Origin: Persicitalea sp.
Lineage (GTDB): Bacteria; Bacteroidota; Bacteroidia; Cytophagales; Spirosomataceae
Reading direction: 5' to 3'
NCBI RefSeq assembly: GCF_041751555.1
Contig: NZ_JBGSXF010000300.1
Coordinates: forward strand, 1-63,147
Length of the DNA: 63,147 nt
Shown in pieces: positions 30,507 to 39,891 of this stretch (position 1 is its first letter; every line of letters starts with the position of its first letter). The notes under the pieces are model-generated. The model saw nothing but the letters and a program-made list of their open reading frames with translations, was not told where the DNA came from and searched no databases. Position numbers and translations under genes: made by a program.

Positions 30507-31178
30507 TTAAAATATCGCAAATCCAACTGTGGCTTGCCAGAGAGAGCCTTTCCTTTTTAGTTGAGAATTGAAATTGGCATCATCGGTATCTGCGTTAATA
30601 ATATTGGAAGTATTACCCTCATACCGCAGATCAACGCTGAGATTCCCAATATCTACTCCTACCCCAGCCTGATAACCCAGAGCAGCCGAATTATAGTTGT
30701 CTTTCACCGAATTGGCCCCGACTTCATTCAGCGCCTGACGCAGTCCCCCGTTCTCGGACAGGCGCAAAGAGGCGATTGGTCCAGCATTAATACGAAAAAA
30801 ATCACCGAAGCGCAAACCCACCATGACAGGGACATCGAAATTTGTGAAACGCAAATCCACACTGCTATTGTTCATGGAACTAGTGGATGACCGAAAAATA
30901 TTGACTGTACCGCCTTTTTGAGAGAGTAATAATTCCGGTTGTAAGTAGATACTGCTACCCAGTCGCACGAAAACACCCCCAACGAATCCGGTCAAACTAG
31001 CATTAGTGTTTCCTATTTTTACGTTCGGATCACTGCTCGATACGACATCCCCACCTTTCAATCTGGAAAGATTGGCACCAGCCTTTATTCCAAATTTAAA
31101 ATTTCGGTTCTGCGCATGCCCTGACGTGGTCACAATAGCTAAAATCAGGGCAAGGAATAAATATTTTGAAGTTTTCAT
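30507..31178 (-). CDS. Outer-membrane beta-barrel protein (porin family, OMP_b-brl_2-like)
   Basis: Signal peptide GHA|Q, FGIKAGANLS, LQPELLLSQKG, DVPVM, DLRYE, C-terminal F. Start ATG 31178. Confidence 0.85.
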   Translation of the reverse strand: MKTSKYLFLALILAIVTTSGHAQNRNFKFGIKAGANLSRLKGGDVVSSSDPNVKIGNTNASLTGFVGGVFVRLGSSIYLQPELLLSQKGGTVNIFRSSTSSMNNSSVDLRFTNFDVPVMVGLRFGDFFRINAGPIASLRLSENGGLRQALNEVGANSVKDNYNSAALGYQAGVGVDIGNLSVDLRYEGNTSNIINADTDDANFNSQLKRKGSLWQATVGFAIF

Positions 31179-31249
31179 AACTATTGTTTTTGGTACAGAT
31201 TTAATGTTTAGTACTACTTGCAGCAAATTTCAACTAACTACCTAAAAAA

Positions 31250-32089
31250 ATGAACCAAATAGCCTCTGACTCACGGCTCAAAACATTTCAGGTATTGAAT
31301 ATCTTAGGCTATCTATTGATGGTTACGATGAATTTTCTCGCAAACTACTTGCCAATAAATGGCTTGACAACAGGAGAACTTTCCGATAAATACCCAAACC
31401 TTTTCGTTCCGGCGGGAATAACTTTCAGCATTTGGGGTGTGATCTACCTTTTGCTGCTGCTTTTTACTGTCTATCAGGCTAGTACTTTGTTCAGCGGTAA
31501 GCCGAGCCGTATAAATACGATCGTCTCGCAGATAGGGATATGGTACTTTGTTTCATCACTTATGAACTCCATGTGGATTGTCGCTTGGCATTACGAGTTC
31601 TTGCCTGCCTCCCTGGCGATAATGACGTTCATCCTGCTTTCATTATTACTGACCAATTTCGGCATTGCAAATGTCAACGATGTGATGACTCGCAAAGAAA
31701 AGTTTTTGACCAAAGCGCCTTTCGGCGTGTACCTGGGCTGGATTTGCGTGGCATCAATCGCCAACGTTACCACCTGGCTTACGGGCGTCCGATGGACGGG
31801 CGGCGGTTTGGAACAAGATAGCTGGGCAGTAATTATGGTTGTGGTAGGAGCTCTGATCGTGCTATTCGCTTCCTTTCGTCTCAAAAATGGTTATGTGGCG
31901 CTAGCGGTTGTATGGGCATTTTTCGGAATTATAATCAAGAGACTTGACGTAGAGCCTGTGTATCAATCAATAGCGTTTGTTGCAGGTGCTGCGGCATTAG
32001 TTTTATTTATTTTAGCCTTGGTGTTGATTGTTAGGCAAAATAAAACGGGTAATCTTACAAAAGTCGAAGCAACTTCTCTTTACGAATAA
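31250..32089 (+). CDS. Tryptophan-rich sensory (TspO-related) membrane protein
   Basis: TGELSDKYPNLFVPAGITFSIWGVIY, NSMWIVAW, PFGVYLGWI.VA.IAN. About 8 TM helices. Confidence 0.78.
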   Translation: MNQIASDSRLKTFQVLNILGYLLMVTMNFLANYLPINGLTTGELSDKYPNLFVPAGITFSIWGVIYLLLLLFTVYQASTLFSGKPSRINTIVSQIGIWYFVSSLMNSMWIVAWHYEFLPASLAIMTFILLSLLLTNFGIANVNDVMTRKEKFLTKAPFGVYLGWICVASIANVTTWLTGVRWTGGGLEQDSWAVIMVVVGALIVLFASFRLKNGYVALAVVWAFFGIIIKRLDVEPVYQSIAFVAGAAALVLFILALVLIVRQNKTGNLTKVEATSLYE

Positions 32090-32149
32090 TGGTGACAGGC
32101 ACTCGATTTTCATTAATCGCTACGATGGCAAATCACCCGACATGCGAAA

Positions 32150-34426
32150 TCAGTTAAAAACAGTGCAATCAGTCCCCGAACGCTTCTTTCCTCCTCTCAT
32201 ACGCACTTTCTGAGATTTGTAGCGCGGCTTCTTTTGCTTTTCTTTTGGTTCCTTCTTTTTTGAATAAGGGAGCAGCTGAAAATCGTACTCCGGAATAAAG
32301 TATTCCTCAGAGTACTCGGCTACGGGCAAGGGCAGATGGTGTCTACCAGTAAAATGAAGCGTGTCATATTCATAGTCGTACAAGTAGATTGTCACGAAAC
32401 CGTCACGGCTATATTTGATACCTATATCCGAAAATGGCCCATCAGCTTGGTCGTTTGAAGCCACAGCCCGAGCCAAAGTTTGGGCAAATTCCTTTTGCTT
32501 ACCTTTCAGCAACAAGTTCATGTTAAACTGAAATACGCGGTGCGCGGAGTCGAGCTGCAAGGCAATTTCCAGATAATATTTGGCGTCTTTCTGATTTTCT
32601 AACCCCGCGTAAAGCACGGCGGTATTATTCAAAGCACTTTTGTCTTGGTGCGCCTGGTAACTCAATTTAGCGTCTTCGTATTGTTGCCAATATCGGTAGA
32701 CATTGCCTTGGTTAACGTTGTAAAATTTTCTAGCGGGCGCTACTTCCATGGCTGCTTTGAAGTCATCGAAGGCCAATTGATACTGATTGTCAGCCGCTTC
32801 TGGTTGGCTCAATTGATCAAAACGATTACCGTGGTACGCATTCACGATTCCCCGATTATTGAGTAGATAAGGAGTTTCAGGGTTGGCTTTCACCAAACTA
32901 TCAAACAGTACTTTGGATTGATCCAGCTTGTCGTTCTCCAATAGTGCGAGACCCCAACCATTCTGAGCCTTATTATTTTCGGGATTTATAGCAATCGCTT
33001 TTTTGAAAACATCATAGCTCTTTTTGTGCATATCGAAATGCAGGAGCATGTTCCCGTAGTTGCTCCACATCTTGTCGTCCTTCTTCTCGAAACCGAGTGC
33101 TTTACTAAGGTAACGGCCCGCCTCGGAAATGTTTTTTTGGTCAACGTATATACTACTTATTCCGGCCAGAGCTTCGAAGCGAGCGCCATCCAGCCGTAAG
33201 GCCGAATCGAAGTCGGCCATAGCCGCACCAGCTTTTCCGGTATAGTAGTTGGCAAAACCCCGGCACACAAAAATATCCGCAAGTGCGCGATCCGATGGGT
33301 CAAAAAGCTGATCGGCGGCTTTCATGTCTTCCAGCGCTTCGGCATAGTTTCCTAATCCGTATTGCGTGATCCCCCTGCCTAGTTTGGCGGAAAGATAGGT
33401 ACTGTCCTTTTCAAGAATTCGGTTGTAAAGTAGTTGAGCAGCTTGATATTCGTGCTGGGATACCAGTACATTAGCTTGTCCGCAGATCGCTACCGGGCTA
33501 TCACGAATCATGGTTGCAGCCAGCCGATAGTACTTTTGGGCGTTGTCCATTTGATTGAGGCCATAGTAGGCGTGCCCTAAGCCCAAAAAAGCGTCCTTGC
33601 GGAAGGCAGGGTCTTTTCCTTCTAAATATTCTTGAAAAATAAGGGTTGCCTCTTGGTAACGCTGTAAATCCAACAGTGCGTTGGCGTAGCGGATTTGGGC
33701 CTTGGGGTGCTTTTTGGCCATTTTTTCAAAGTCTGATACCGCACGCTTTGGTTGGTTCAGTTTCATGAGCGCATCTCCCCGCAACAGCCGATAAGCCATT
33801 TCATCGCTTTGCCGGATGGCGGCCGATGTCTCGGCCACCGACTCTTCCAATTGACCGTTAAGTTTATATAACAAACCGAGATTGTAGTTCCACTTTCCAT
33901 GGGTGTTTCCAGGGGCTATGTTCTGACCATATATAAGCCCGTCTTGTATCCGACCCTGCTTACAATATACGACCAGGGTATTCAGAGCTGCCGATTTGCT
34001 TTCAGCAGCATCCTCAAACAATGGAAGTGCTTGCTCATAATTTTGATTAAGCATGTGAAGCAAGCCCATAGAATAATTTGTTTGCGAATCGAGAGAGTCG
34101 ATCGAGCCGAGTAAGCGAAGCGCTTTATTATAATTGCCCGACAGGGCATTAAGCATCGCTTCATTATTGAACTTTTGAATCGAATCAGCAGGATTGAAAT
34201 TCGCCTTGTGATATGATTGGTAGGACTTTTGGAGGGTGATCAGATCGCGGCGGTAGTCGGTGGAGCGAGTGATTTGAGGGTTATTTTCGGCAAAGGATTT
34301 GTTAAAATCCCGAAGTAGTTTTTCAAACAAACCCTGGGATTCACGGAATTCCTGAGCCTGTGCTGCCTGGATTTTCACCAAGAGCAACAATCCCAAAACC
34401 ACACAAACCAACCTAACCCTCAGCAT
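32150..34426 (-). CDS. Large secreted TPR protein
   Basis: Signal peptide AQA|Q, many TPR units, basic C-terminal tail. ATG 34426 preferred. Confidence 0.82.
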   Translation of the reverse strand: MLRVRLVCVVLGLLLLVKIQAAQAQEFRESQGLFEKLLRDFNKSFAENNPQITRSTDYRRDLITLQKSYQSYHKANFNPADSIQKFNNEAMLNALSGNYNKALRLLGSIDSLDSQTNYSMGLLHMLNQNYEQALPLFEDAAESKSAALNTLVVYCKQGRIQDGLIYGQNIAPGNTHGKWNYNLGLLYKLNGQLEESVAETSAAIRQSDEMAYRLLRGDALMKLNQPKRAVSDFEKMAKKHPKAQIRYANALLDLQRYQEATLIFQEYLEGKDPAFRKDAFLGLGHAYYGLNQMDNAQKYYRLAATMIRDSPVAICGQANVLVSQHEYQAAQLLYNRILEKDSTYLSAKLGRGITQYGLGNYAEALEDMKAADQLFDPSDRALADIFVCRGFANYYTGKAGAAMADFDSALRLDGARFEALAGISSIYVDQKNISEAGRYLSKALGFEKKDDKMWSNYGNMLLHFDMHKKSYDVFKKAIAINPENNKAQNGWGLALLENDKLDQSKVLFDSLVKANPETPYLLNNRGIVNAYHGNRFDQLSQPEAADNQYQLAFDDFKAAMEVAPARKFYNVNQGNVYRYWQQYEDAKLSYQAHQDKSALNNTAVLYAGLENQKDAKYYLEIALQLDSAHRVFQFNMNLLLKGKQKEFAQTLARAVASNDQADGPFSDIGIKYSRDGFVTIYLYDYEYDTLHFTGRHHLPLPVAEYSEEYFIPEYDFQLLPYSKKKEPKEKQKKPRYKSQKVRMRGGKKRSGTDCTVFN

Positions 34427-34550
34427 CACAATTTCTTTATTCGGGGACAATCATCTTCGTCAAGCTAAGGGAAACCCGACATTTTTTCAACGACATCCTT
34501 GGTTGCGGATTGCCTGATCGTGAATTGACGACCAATTTCTTATTTCAAAA

Positions 34551-36878
34551 CTACTCCATAGCAGTATTCTGCAATTCGTAACGCTTCTTTCCTACAATGC
34601 TCCCTTTACTACCTAGTACTTCTACGTCGATTGCCTGCTGGGTAGGATTATTTATTTCGACTGCCTCCTGCGTCACCTCCACCCGCAGAGTGACTCCGCG
34701 GAAGTCGATACGGAAGGCGTAAGACTCCCATTTTTCCGGGATATAAGGATTTAGCACCAGCGTATCGTTCAGTACCCGCTGACCGGCGAAGCCCTTCACC
34801 ACGCTCATCCAAGTACCAGCCATAGAAGTAATGTGCAGGCCATCTTCGGTATCGCTGTTGTAGTCATCTAGGTCGAGGCGGGCAGTGCGGACGTACATTT
34901 CATAAGCTTCCGCCTTTTTTCCAAGGCCAGACGCCAAAATCGAATGCACGCAGGGCGAAAGCGAAGACTCATGTACCGTCATGGGTTCGTAGAAATCAAA
35001 GTTTCTACGAATAGTAGCCTCATCGAAATGATCCTCGAAAAAGTAAAGCCCCTGTAACACATCTGCCTGCTTGATGAAGCAAGAGCGTAAGATTCGATCC
35101 CACGACCAGTTTTGGTTGATGGGCCGCTCGTCGGCGATTTCCTCAACGGACTTCAATTCTTTATCTAAAAATCCATCCTGTTGCAAGAAAACCTCGCGCT
35201 CGTGATCGTACGGAAAGTACATCTTCCCGATGATTTCCCGCCAGTCGCCGATTTCCGTTGCTTCATCAAAACTGGTTTTTGCAAAAATTGCTTCTGCTTT
35301 ATCTTGGCTTTTCACGTAATCGATCCCTTCAAGCGTGTATTTCAGGCACCACACCGCGATGTAATTGGTGTACCAGTTATTATTGACGTTGTTTTCGTAC
35401 TCGTTAGGTCCCGTTACGCCCAGCATCACGTATTTCTCCTTCGCAGCCGACCAATTGACGCGCTGTTTCCAGAAACGCGCAATCGCTATCAGCACTTCCA
35501 GGCCGTACTCAGCCAAATAGCCTTGGTCGCCCGTGTAATTTATATAATCGTGAATGGCGTAGGCCATCGCCCCGTTCCTGTGGATTTCCTCAAAGGTGAT
35601 TTCCCACTCATTGTGGCTTTCCTCACCGTTTATCGTCACCATCGGATAAAGCGCCGCGCCGTCCTTGAAGCCCAGTTTTTGGGCGTTCTCGATAGCTTTA
35701 CCCAGTTGCTTGTGTCGGTAGATCAGCAAATTACGTGCTACGTGCTTTCCCGAAGTCGACAGGTAAAATGGAATACAATACGCTTCAGTATCCCAATAAG
35801 TCACGCCACCGTACTTTTCGCCTGTAAAGCCCTTTGGACCAATGTTCAGCGATTCGTCCTCGCCAGTGTAGGTCTGCTGCAAGTGGAAAATATTAAAACG
35901 TATCCCCTGCTGCGCCGCGATGTCGCCAACAATCTCGATGTCGTTACGCTCCCATTTTTCCACCCAGGCTGCCTCGTGTTCAGCCAAAAGTTTGTCGTAG
36001 CCTTTGTGGGTGATGCGGTCAAGGTAAGCCTTTGTCTTTTCCGTCAGTTCCTCTCGCTCATAGTTCATAGAAGAGAGATTTACTGCGTATTTGTAAAGCA
36101 TCACTTCATCGCCTTCGCTGATTTGTACGGGCACTTTACCCGCCACGTACTTTTCGTTCTTGACGGGATGCGATTGAAAATCAAGTTTGTTGCCGTTCTT
36201 TTTTAGGTCAAAGCGCATTCCCGTCGCCACCTCGAACTGCTCTACCCCGTAAGGATTGGGCTTTGTCTGCAATGTCAGGATGCCCTCAGCAAAGGAAGTT
36301 TCCTTTTTGATCTCATTCCAAAATGTCTCGTCGTAATTTGAATCGCGGTTGCGTATGTTACCATCAAGATAAGGCGTGAGTGTAATTTGACCGTCGAAGT
36401 TCAGCGCCGTAATCGAATAGGCAATTGCTCCCGACTCATCTTCAACCATGTTGCAAAAACGCTGACTCCGAATTTTAATCCGTTTGCCACTGGGTAATTC
36501 TGCCGTACATTCTCTCTCCAACACACCGCGCTTCATGTCCAACTCCCGCCGAAATTCCTCGATTTTACATAGATGTAAGTCCAAGGTTTCCCCTTCAATT
36601 TCGACGTCAATTCCGATCCAGTTACAGGCATTGATAACCTTGGCAAAATATTCAGGGTAGCCATTTTTCCACCAGCCCACGCGGGTTTTGTCAGGAAAAT
36701 AAACGCCCGCCACGTAGTTGCCGAGTAGAGTTTTGCCCGAATATTTTTCTTCGAAATTTCCCCGCTGTCCCATCCGCCCGTTGCCCAGACTCATTAGGCT
36801 TTCGGTGATTTCGTTGTGTTTAGGATGGAAACCTTCTTCGATTACTGACCAGGGAGCGTGTGTAATGTAGTTTATCAT
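34551..36878 (-). CDS. GH65 glycoside phosphorylase, probably maltose phosphorylase
   Basis: SLGNGRMGQRGNFEE, NIGPKGFTGEKYGG.TYWDTE, GVTGPNEYENN, IKQADV, TVHESSLS. Adjacent to pgmB and GH13 genes. Confidence 0.93.
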   Translation of the reverse strand: MINYITHAPWSVIEEGFHPKHNEITESLMSLGNGRMGQRGNFEEKYSGKTLLGNYVAGVYFPDKTRVGWWKNGYPEYFAKVINACNWIGIDVEIEGETLDLHLCKIEEFRRELDMKRGVLERECTAELPSGKRIKIRSQRFCNMVEDESGAIAYSITALNFDGQITLTPYLDGNIRNRDSNYDETFWNEIKKETSFAEGILTLQTKPNPYGVEQFEVATGMRFDLKKNGNKLDFQSHPVKNEKYVAGKVPVQISEGDEVMLYKYAVNLSSMNYEREELTEKTKAYLDRITHKGYDKLLAEHEAAWVEKWERNDIEIVGDIAAQQGIRFNIFHLQQTYTGEDESLNIGPKGFTGEKYGGVTYWDTEAYCIPFYLSTSGKHVARNLLIYRHKQLGKAIENAQKLGFKDGAALYPMVTINGEESHNEWEITFEEIHRNGAMAYAIHDYINYTGDQGYLAEYGLEVLIAIARFWKQRVNWSAAKEKYVMLGVTGPNEYENNVNNNWYTNYIAVWCLKYTLEGIDYVKSQDKAEAIFAKTSFDEATEIGDWREIIGKMYFPYDHEREVFLQQDGFLDKELKSVEEIADERPINQNWSWDRILRSCFIKQADVLQGLYFFEDHFDEATIRRNFDFYEPMTVHESSLSPCVHSILASGLGKKAEAYEMYVRTARLDLDDYNSDTEDGLHITSMAGTWMSVVKGFAGQRVLNDTLVLNPYIPEKWESYAFRIDFRGVTLRVEVTQEAVEINNPTQQAIDVEVLGSKGSIVGKKRYELQNTAME

Positions 36879-37043
36879 TTGCTGATAAGTGTGTCTTTAT
36901 TTGAGAATTTCTAATGCTTGCAGCTAAGCCGCACCTACGGATCAGGGGTTTACAAGTAAAATGGGGGAAAGAGAATATATTTGTCTCCAACCCAAAACTT
37001 GGATTTCCGGCCACTTACTCAACAATACCTATTTATCGCTAGG

Positions 37044-37703
37044 CTAAAAAAGGTGTTTCACCGTCGTAGCGTCAATGTCCTGAAAACCCGGGATGACCAT
37101 ATCGGCGCCTGCGGCTTTAAGTCCGGCGGGCTCGCCGACACCCACAGCAATCATACCGCCCGCCTTAGCAGCTTTGATACCCGCGATAGCGTCTTCAAAA
37201 ACGATACAATTAATCGGTTTAACTTTTAGATCCTCCGCGCCCATCAGGAATGTTTGTGGATCGGGCTTGCCTTTTGTTATTCGGTTGCCGTCCACAATCG
37301 TAGCGAAATAACGCGTCATCCCTATTTGTGCCAAAATCAGCCGAGCATTCTTGCTGGCCGACCCTAGGCCGATCTTGATGCCTTCCTGAATCAGTGAGTC
37401 GAGAAAAACTTGCACACCAGGCAATACATCCTCGGACGACATTTTTTGGCAGAGTTCTAAGTAACGTTCGTTTTTCGTAGCTGCTAATCGATTCTTAGTT
37501 TCAGCATCTAGTTCAACCGCTCCGATTTTCAGAATAATTTCAAGTGATTCCACACGGCTAACGCCTTTCAGCTGCTCGTTTTGAGCTACGGTGAGATCGA
37601 ATCCCAGACCGTTGGCCAATTCGCGCCAGGCGAGATAATGAAATTGGGCAGTATCGACAATAACCCCATCGAGGTCGAAAAGACATGCTTTTAGTTCGGA
37701 CAT
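37044..37703 (-). CDS. pgmB: Beta-phosphoglucomutase
   Basis: FDLDGVIVDTA..HY.AW, LKGVSR, GSASKNA, KPDP, VFEDA.AG. Confidence 0.95.
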   Translation of the reverse strand: MSELKACLFDLDGVIVDTAQFHYLAWRELANGLGFDLTVAQNEQLKGVSRVESLEIILKIGAVELDAETKNRLAATKNERYLELCQKMSSEDVLPGVQVFLDSLIQEGIKIGLGSASKNARLILAQIGMTRYFATIVDGNRITKGKPDPQTFLMGAEDLKVKPINCIVFEDAIAGIKAAKAGGMIAVGVGEPAGLKAAGADMVIPGFQDIDATTVKHLF

Positions 37704-37792
37704 TATTTCTTGTTTGGAGAGCAGATATAGCCGCCCGTGCGGTTCAGAGTAAAGCTGTTCGCAGTTTGTATTTGCTTGTTAAGCACTGTGAT

Positions 37793-39715
37793 CTAGTTTC
37801 CCAACTCAAACACATAAGCAGTTCGTGCGGCTAGTTTTAGAGGTTGATTGAGGTTAAAAGTGGAGCCCTCAAGTACATCGATGGCTGTGGCAAAAGTACC
37901 AAGCCTTTCCCGAAATCGCCCGGTTTCGAGCGAAATAGACTCTTTATTAGAGTTCATAATGACCATAATCGTTTTGTTCTCGTCGTACCTGAAATAAACG
38001 TAAACGCCTTCCATCGGCAAGAACTGAGTCAGCTTCCCGCTATGGAGCGCGGGGTTGTTTTTGCGGTAGTTGGCCAGCTTTTTTATAAAATCGAAGGCTT
38101 CGTTTTCGGCATTTGTGCGTCCCACTTCCGCAAATTTGTTTTCCTTATCGCCTATAAACCCGCCGGGAAAGTCGCGGCGCACCTCGGCATCGGAGGGGTC
38201 TTTAAAATTCTTCATCAGGATTTCAGTTCCGTAGTAGAGTTGCGGAATGCCGCGTGTGGTCAGAAGCCAGATAATGCCCATGCGGTAGTTGTCCATATTT
38301 TCGCCAACAACGGAGAGGTAACGGTCGGTATCGTGGTTATCCAGAAAAACCACGTTTTTCATCGGGTTCTCGTATAGATAGTCTTGTCCTAACGTAGCGT
38401 AGATGCGTTGCACGCCACTGTCCCAACCTACTTCTTGATTCAGGGCATCATTTATGGCGTAATAAGTTTGAAAATCACAGGCTCCGGGCAAGTTGCTTTT
38501 GAAAGGCACTTCAAGATGGTTTTGCTGAAAGTAAGCCTGGTTAGGTACACTCTTGGTCCAGTTCTCCCCAAAAATGTGAATGTTGGGGTACTCGGCCAGT
38601 AAAGCCGCATTTACCTGATTCATAAATTCCAGGTCGTTATACATGTAAGTATCCACGCGCCAGGTGTCAATTCCAAAATACTCCACAGTCCAAATCGCGT
38701 GTTGCAGCAGGTAGTTTTTTACATAAGTATTATTCTGATTCCAGTCGGGAAGAAACGGCACGAACCAGCCGTCAGAGGTGACTTTCTGGTCAAGCTTCGA
38801 AGCGTAAGGGTCAAGGACAGGCTGCTCTTTGTAAGAAGTATTGGTGTAAGTAGGCCATTGGTGAAGCCAATCGGCGGCGGGCGAATCTTGAAGCAGCCAA
38901 TGATTGACGCCTGCGTGATTGTACACCGCGTCCTGCACAATTTTCAGACCGTTGGCATGGGCAGCATCTACCAGCTTTTTATAGGAGTCGTTGCCGCCAA
39001 GCCGCCTATCTACCTGATAGTGATCCGTAAAGCCGTAACCGTGGTAGGCGCTGCGGGGTGAGCCACCTTCATCAGTAAGTGGCTGATCATTTTCAATGAC
39101 TGGATTCAGCCAAAGTGCGGTCACGCCCAACTCCTTAAAATAATCAAGATGATCTATAATTCCCTGCAAATCACCACCGTGCCGCAGAAAAGGATTGGAG
39201 CGATCAGCCTGCGTATCGGCCATGTCGGCAAATTTATCGTTGCTCGGATCGCCATTGGCGAAGCGGTCAGGCAGCAATAAGTAGATAAGGTCGGATGCAT
39301 CCACGCCCTGCGCCTTAACGAAATCGGTGCGAGCACGAAGTTCGTAGGGAATAGTTTTGGTAAAAGTTCGAGTCGTAGTCTTTCGGCCTCTTTTCACTTC
39401 CGTTTCGCGGCTTAGCTCGATATTGAAAGTTCCCGTCCGGCAGTTGGGCGAAATGGTCAAATCCAGAATGAGGTAGTTGGGATTATCGACCTTATTTTCT
39501 TTCACTAAGGTCAAACCGGGGTAGTTGATAACCACCTTGGCGGCGGCTAAGTTTTCCCCGTGCACGATAATCTGTAAACGAGGGTCTTTCATGCCCACCC
39601 ACCAATTGAGCGGGGCAATACGGTCGATAACTATGGGCTGGGTAAATGCCTTTAGGCACAGTCCGAGCAAACAGATGAGGAACGTAACATGAGCTTTGGA
39701 AAAGAGACGCAACAT
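37793..39715 (-). CDS. GH13 cyclomaltodextrinase/neopullulanase (SusA-like), exported
   Basis: P.NWWVGMK N-domain, PDRFANGDPSND, YHGY, DAVYNH, WRVDT, FGENW, FLDNHD. Signal peptide. ATG 39715 preferred. Confidence 0.9.
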   Translation of the reverse strand: MLRLFSKAHVTFLICLLGLCLKAFTQPIVIDRIAPLNWWVGMKDPRLQIIVHGENLAAAKVVINYPGLTLVKENKVDNPNYLILDLTISPNCRTGTFNIELSRETEVKRGRKTTTRTFTKTIPYELRARTDFVKAQGVDASDLIYLLLPDRFANGDPSNDKFADMADTQADRSNPFLRHGGDLQGIIDHLDYFKELGVTALWLNPVIENDQPLTDEGGSPRSAYHGYGFTDHYQVDRRLGGNDSYKKLVDAAHANGLKIVQDAVYNHAGVNHWLLQDSPAADWLHQWPTYTNTSYKEQPVLDPYASKLDQKVTSDGWFVPFLPDWNQNNTYVKNYLLQHAIWTVEYFGIDTWRVDTYMYNDLEFMNQVNAALLAEYPNIHIFGENWTKSVPNQAYFQQNHLEVPFKSNLPGACDFQTYYAINDALNQEVGWDSGVQRIYATLGQDYLYENPMKNVVFLDNHDTDRYLSVVGENMDNYRMGIIWLLTTRGIPQLYYGTEILMKNFKDPSDAEVRRDFPGGFIGDKENKFAEVGRTNAENEAFDFIKKLANYRKNNPALHSGKLTQFLPMEGVYVYFRYDENKTIMVIMNSNKESISLETGRFRERLGTFATAIDVLEGSTFNLNQPLKLAARTAYVFELGN

Positions 39716-39782
39716 AGATTGAAGACAGCTTGAAAAGGCCAAATTAAGCTTTTTTGATCTTTTTGTAATAAAAAATACCCTC

Positions 39783-39790
39783 TATTTTTG
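39783..39790 (+). promoter_or_regulatory. -7 promoter box in the divergent GH13 intergenic region
   Basis: TATTTTTG with TTTG about 17 nt upstream. Confidence 0.45.
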
Positions 39791-39891
39791 TAGATTGAAG
39801 CCTTTGCTGGATGCCTAGAGAAATTCTCTTACTCTAATTCAAATAATTATTGCTTTTTTGTCGGCTTGTACGAGAAAACTACTTGAAATTC

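Noticed and set aside
35181-36206. 341-aa antisense ORF
   Set aside because: Shadow of the GH65 gene.
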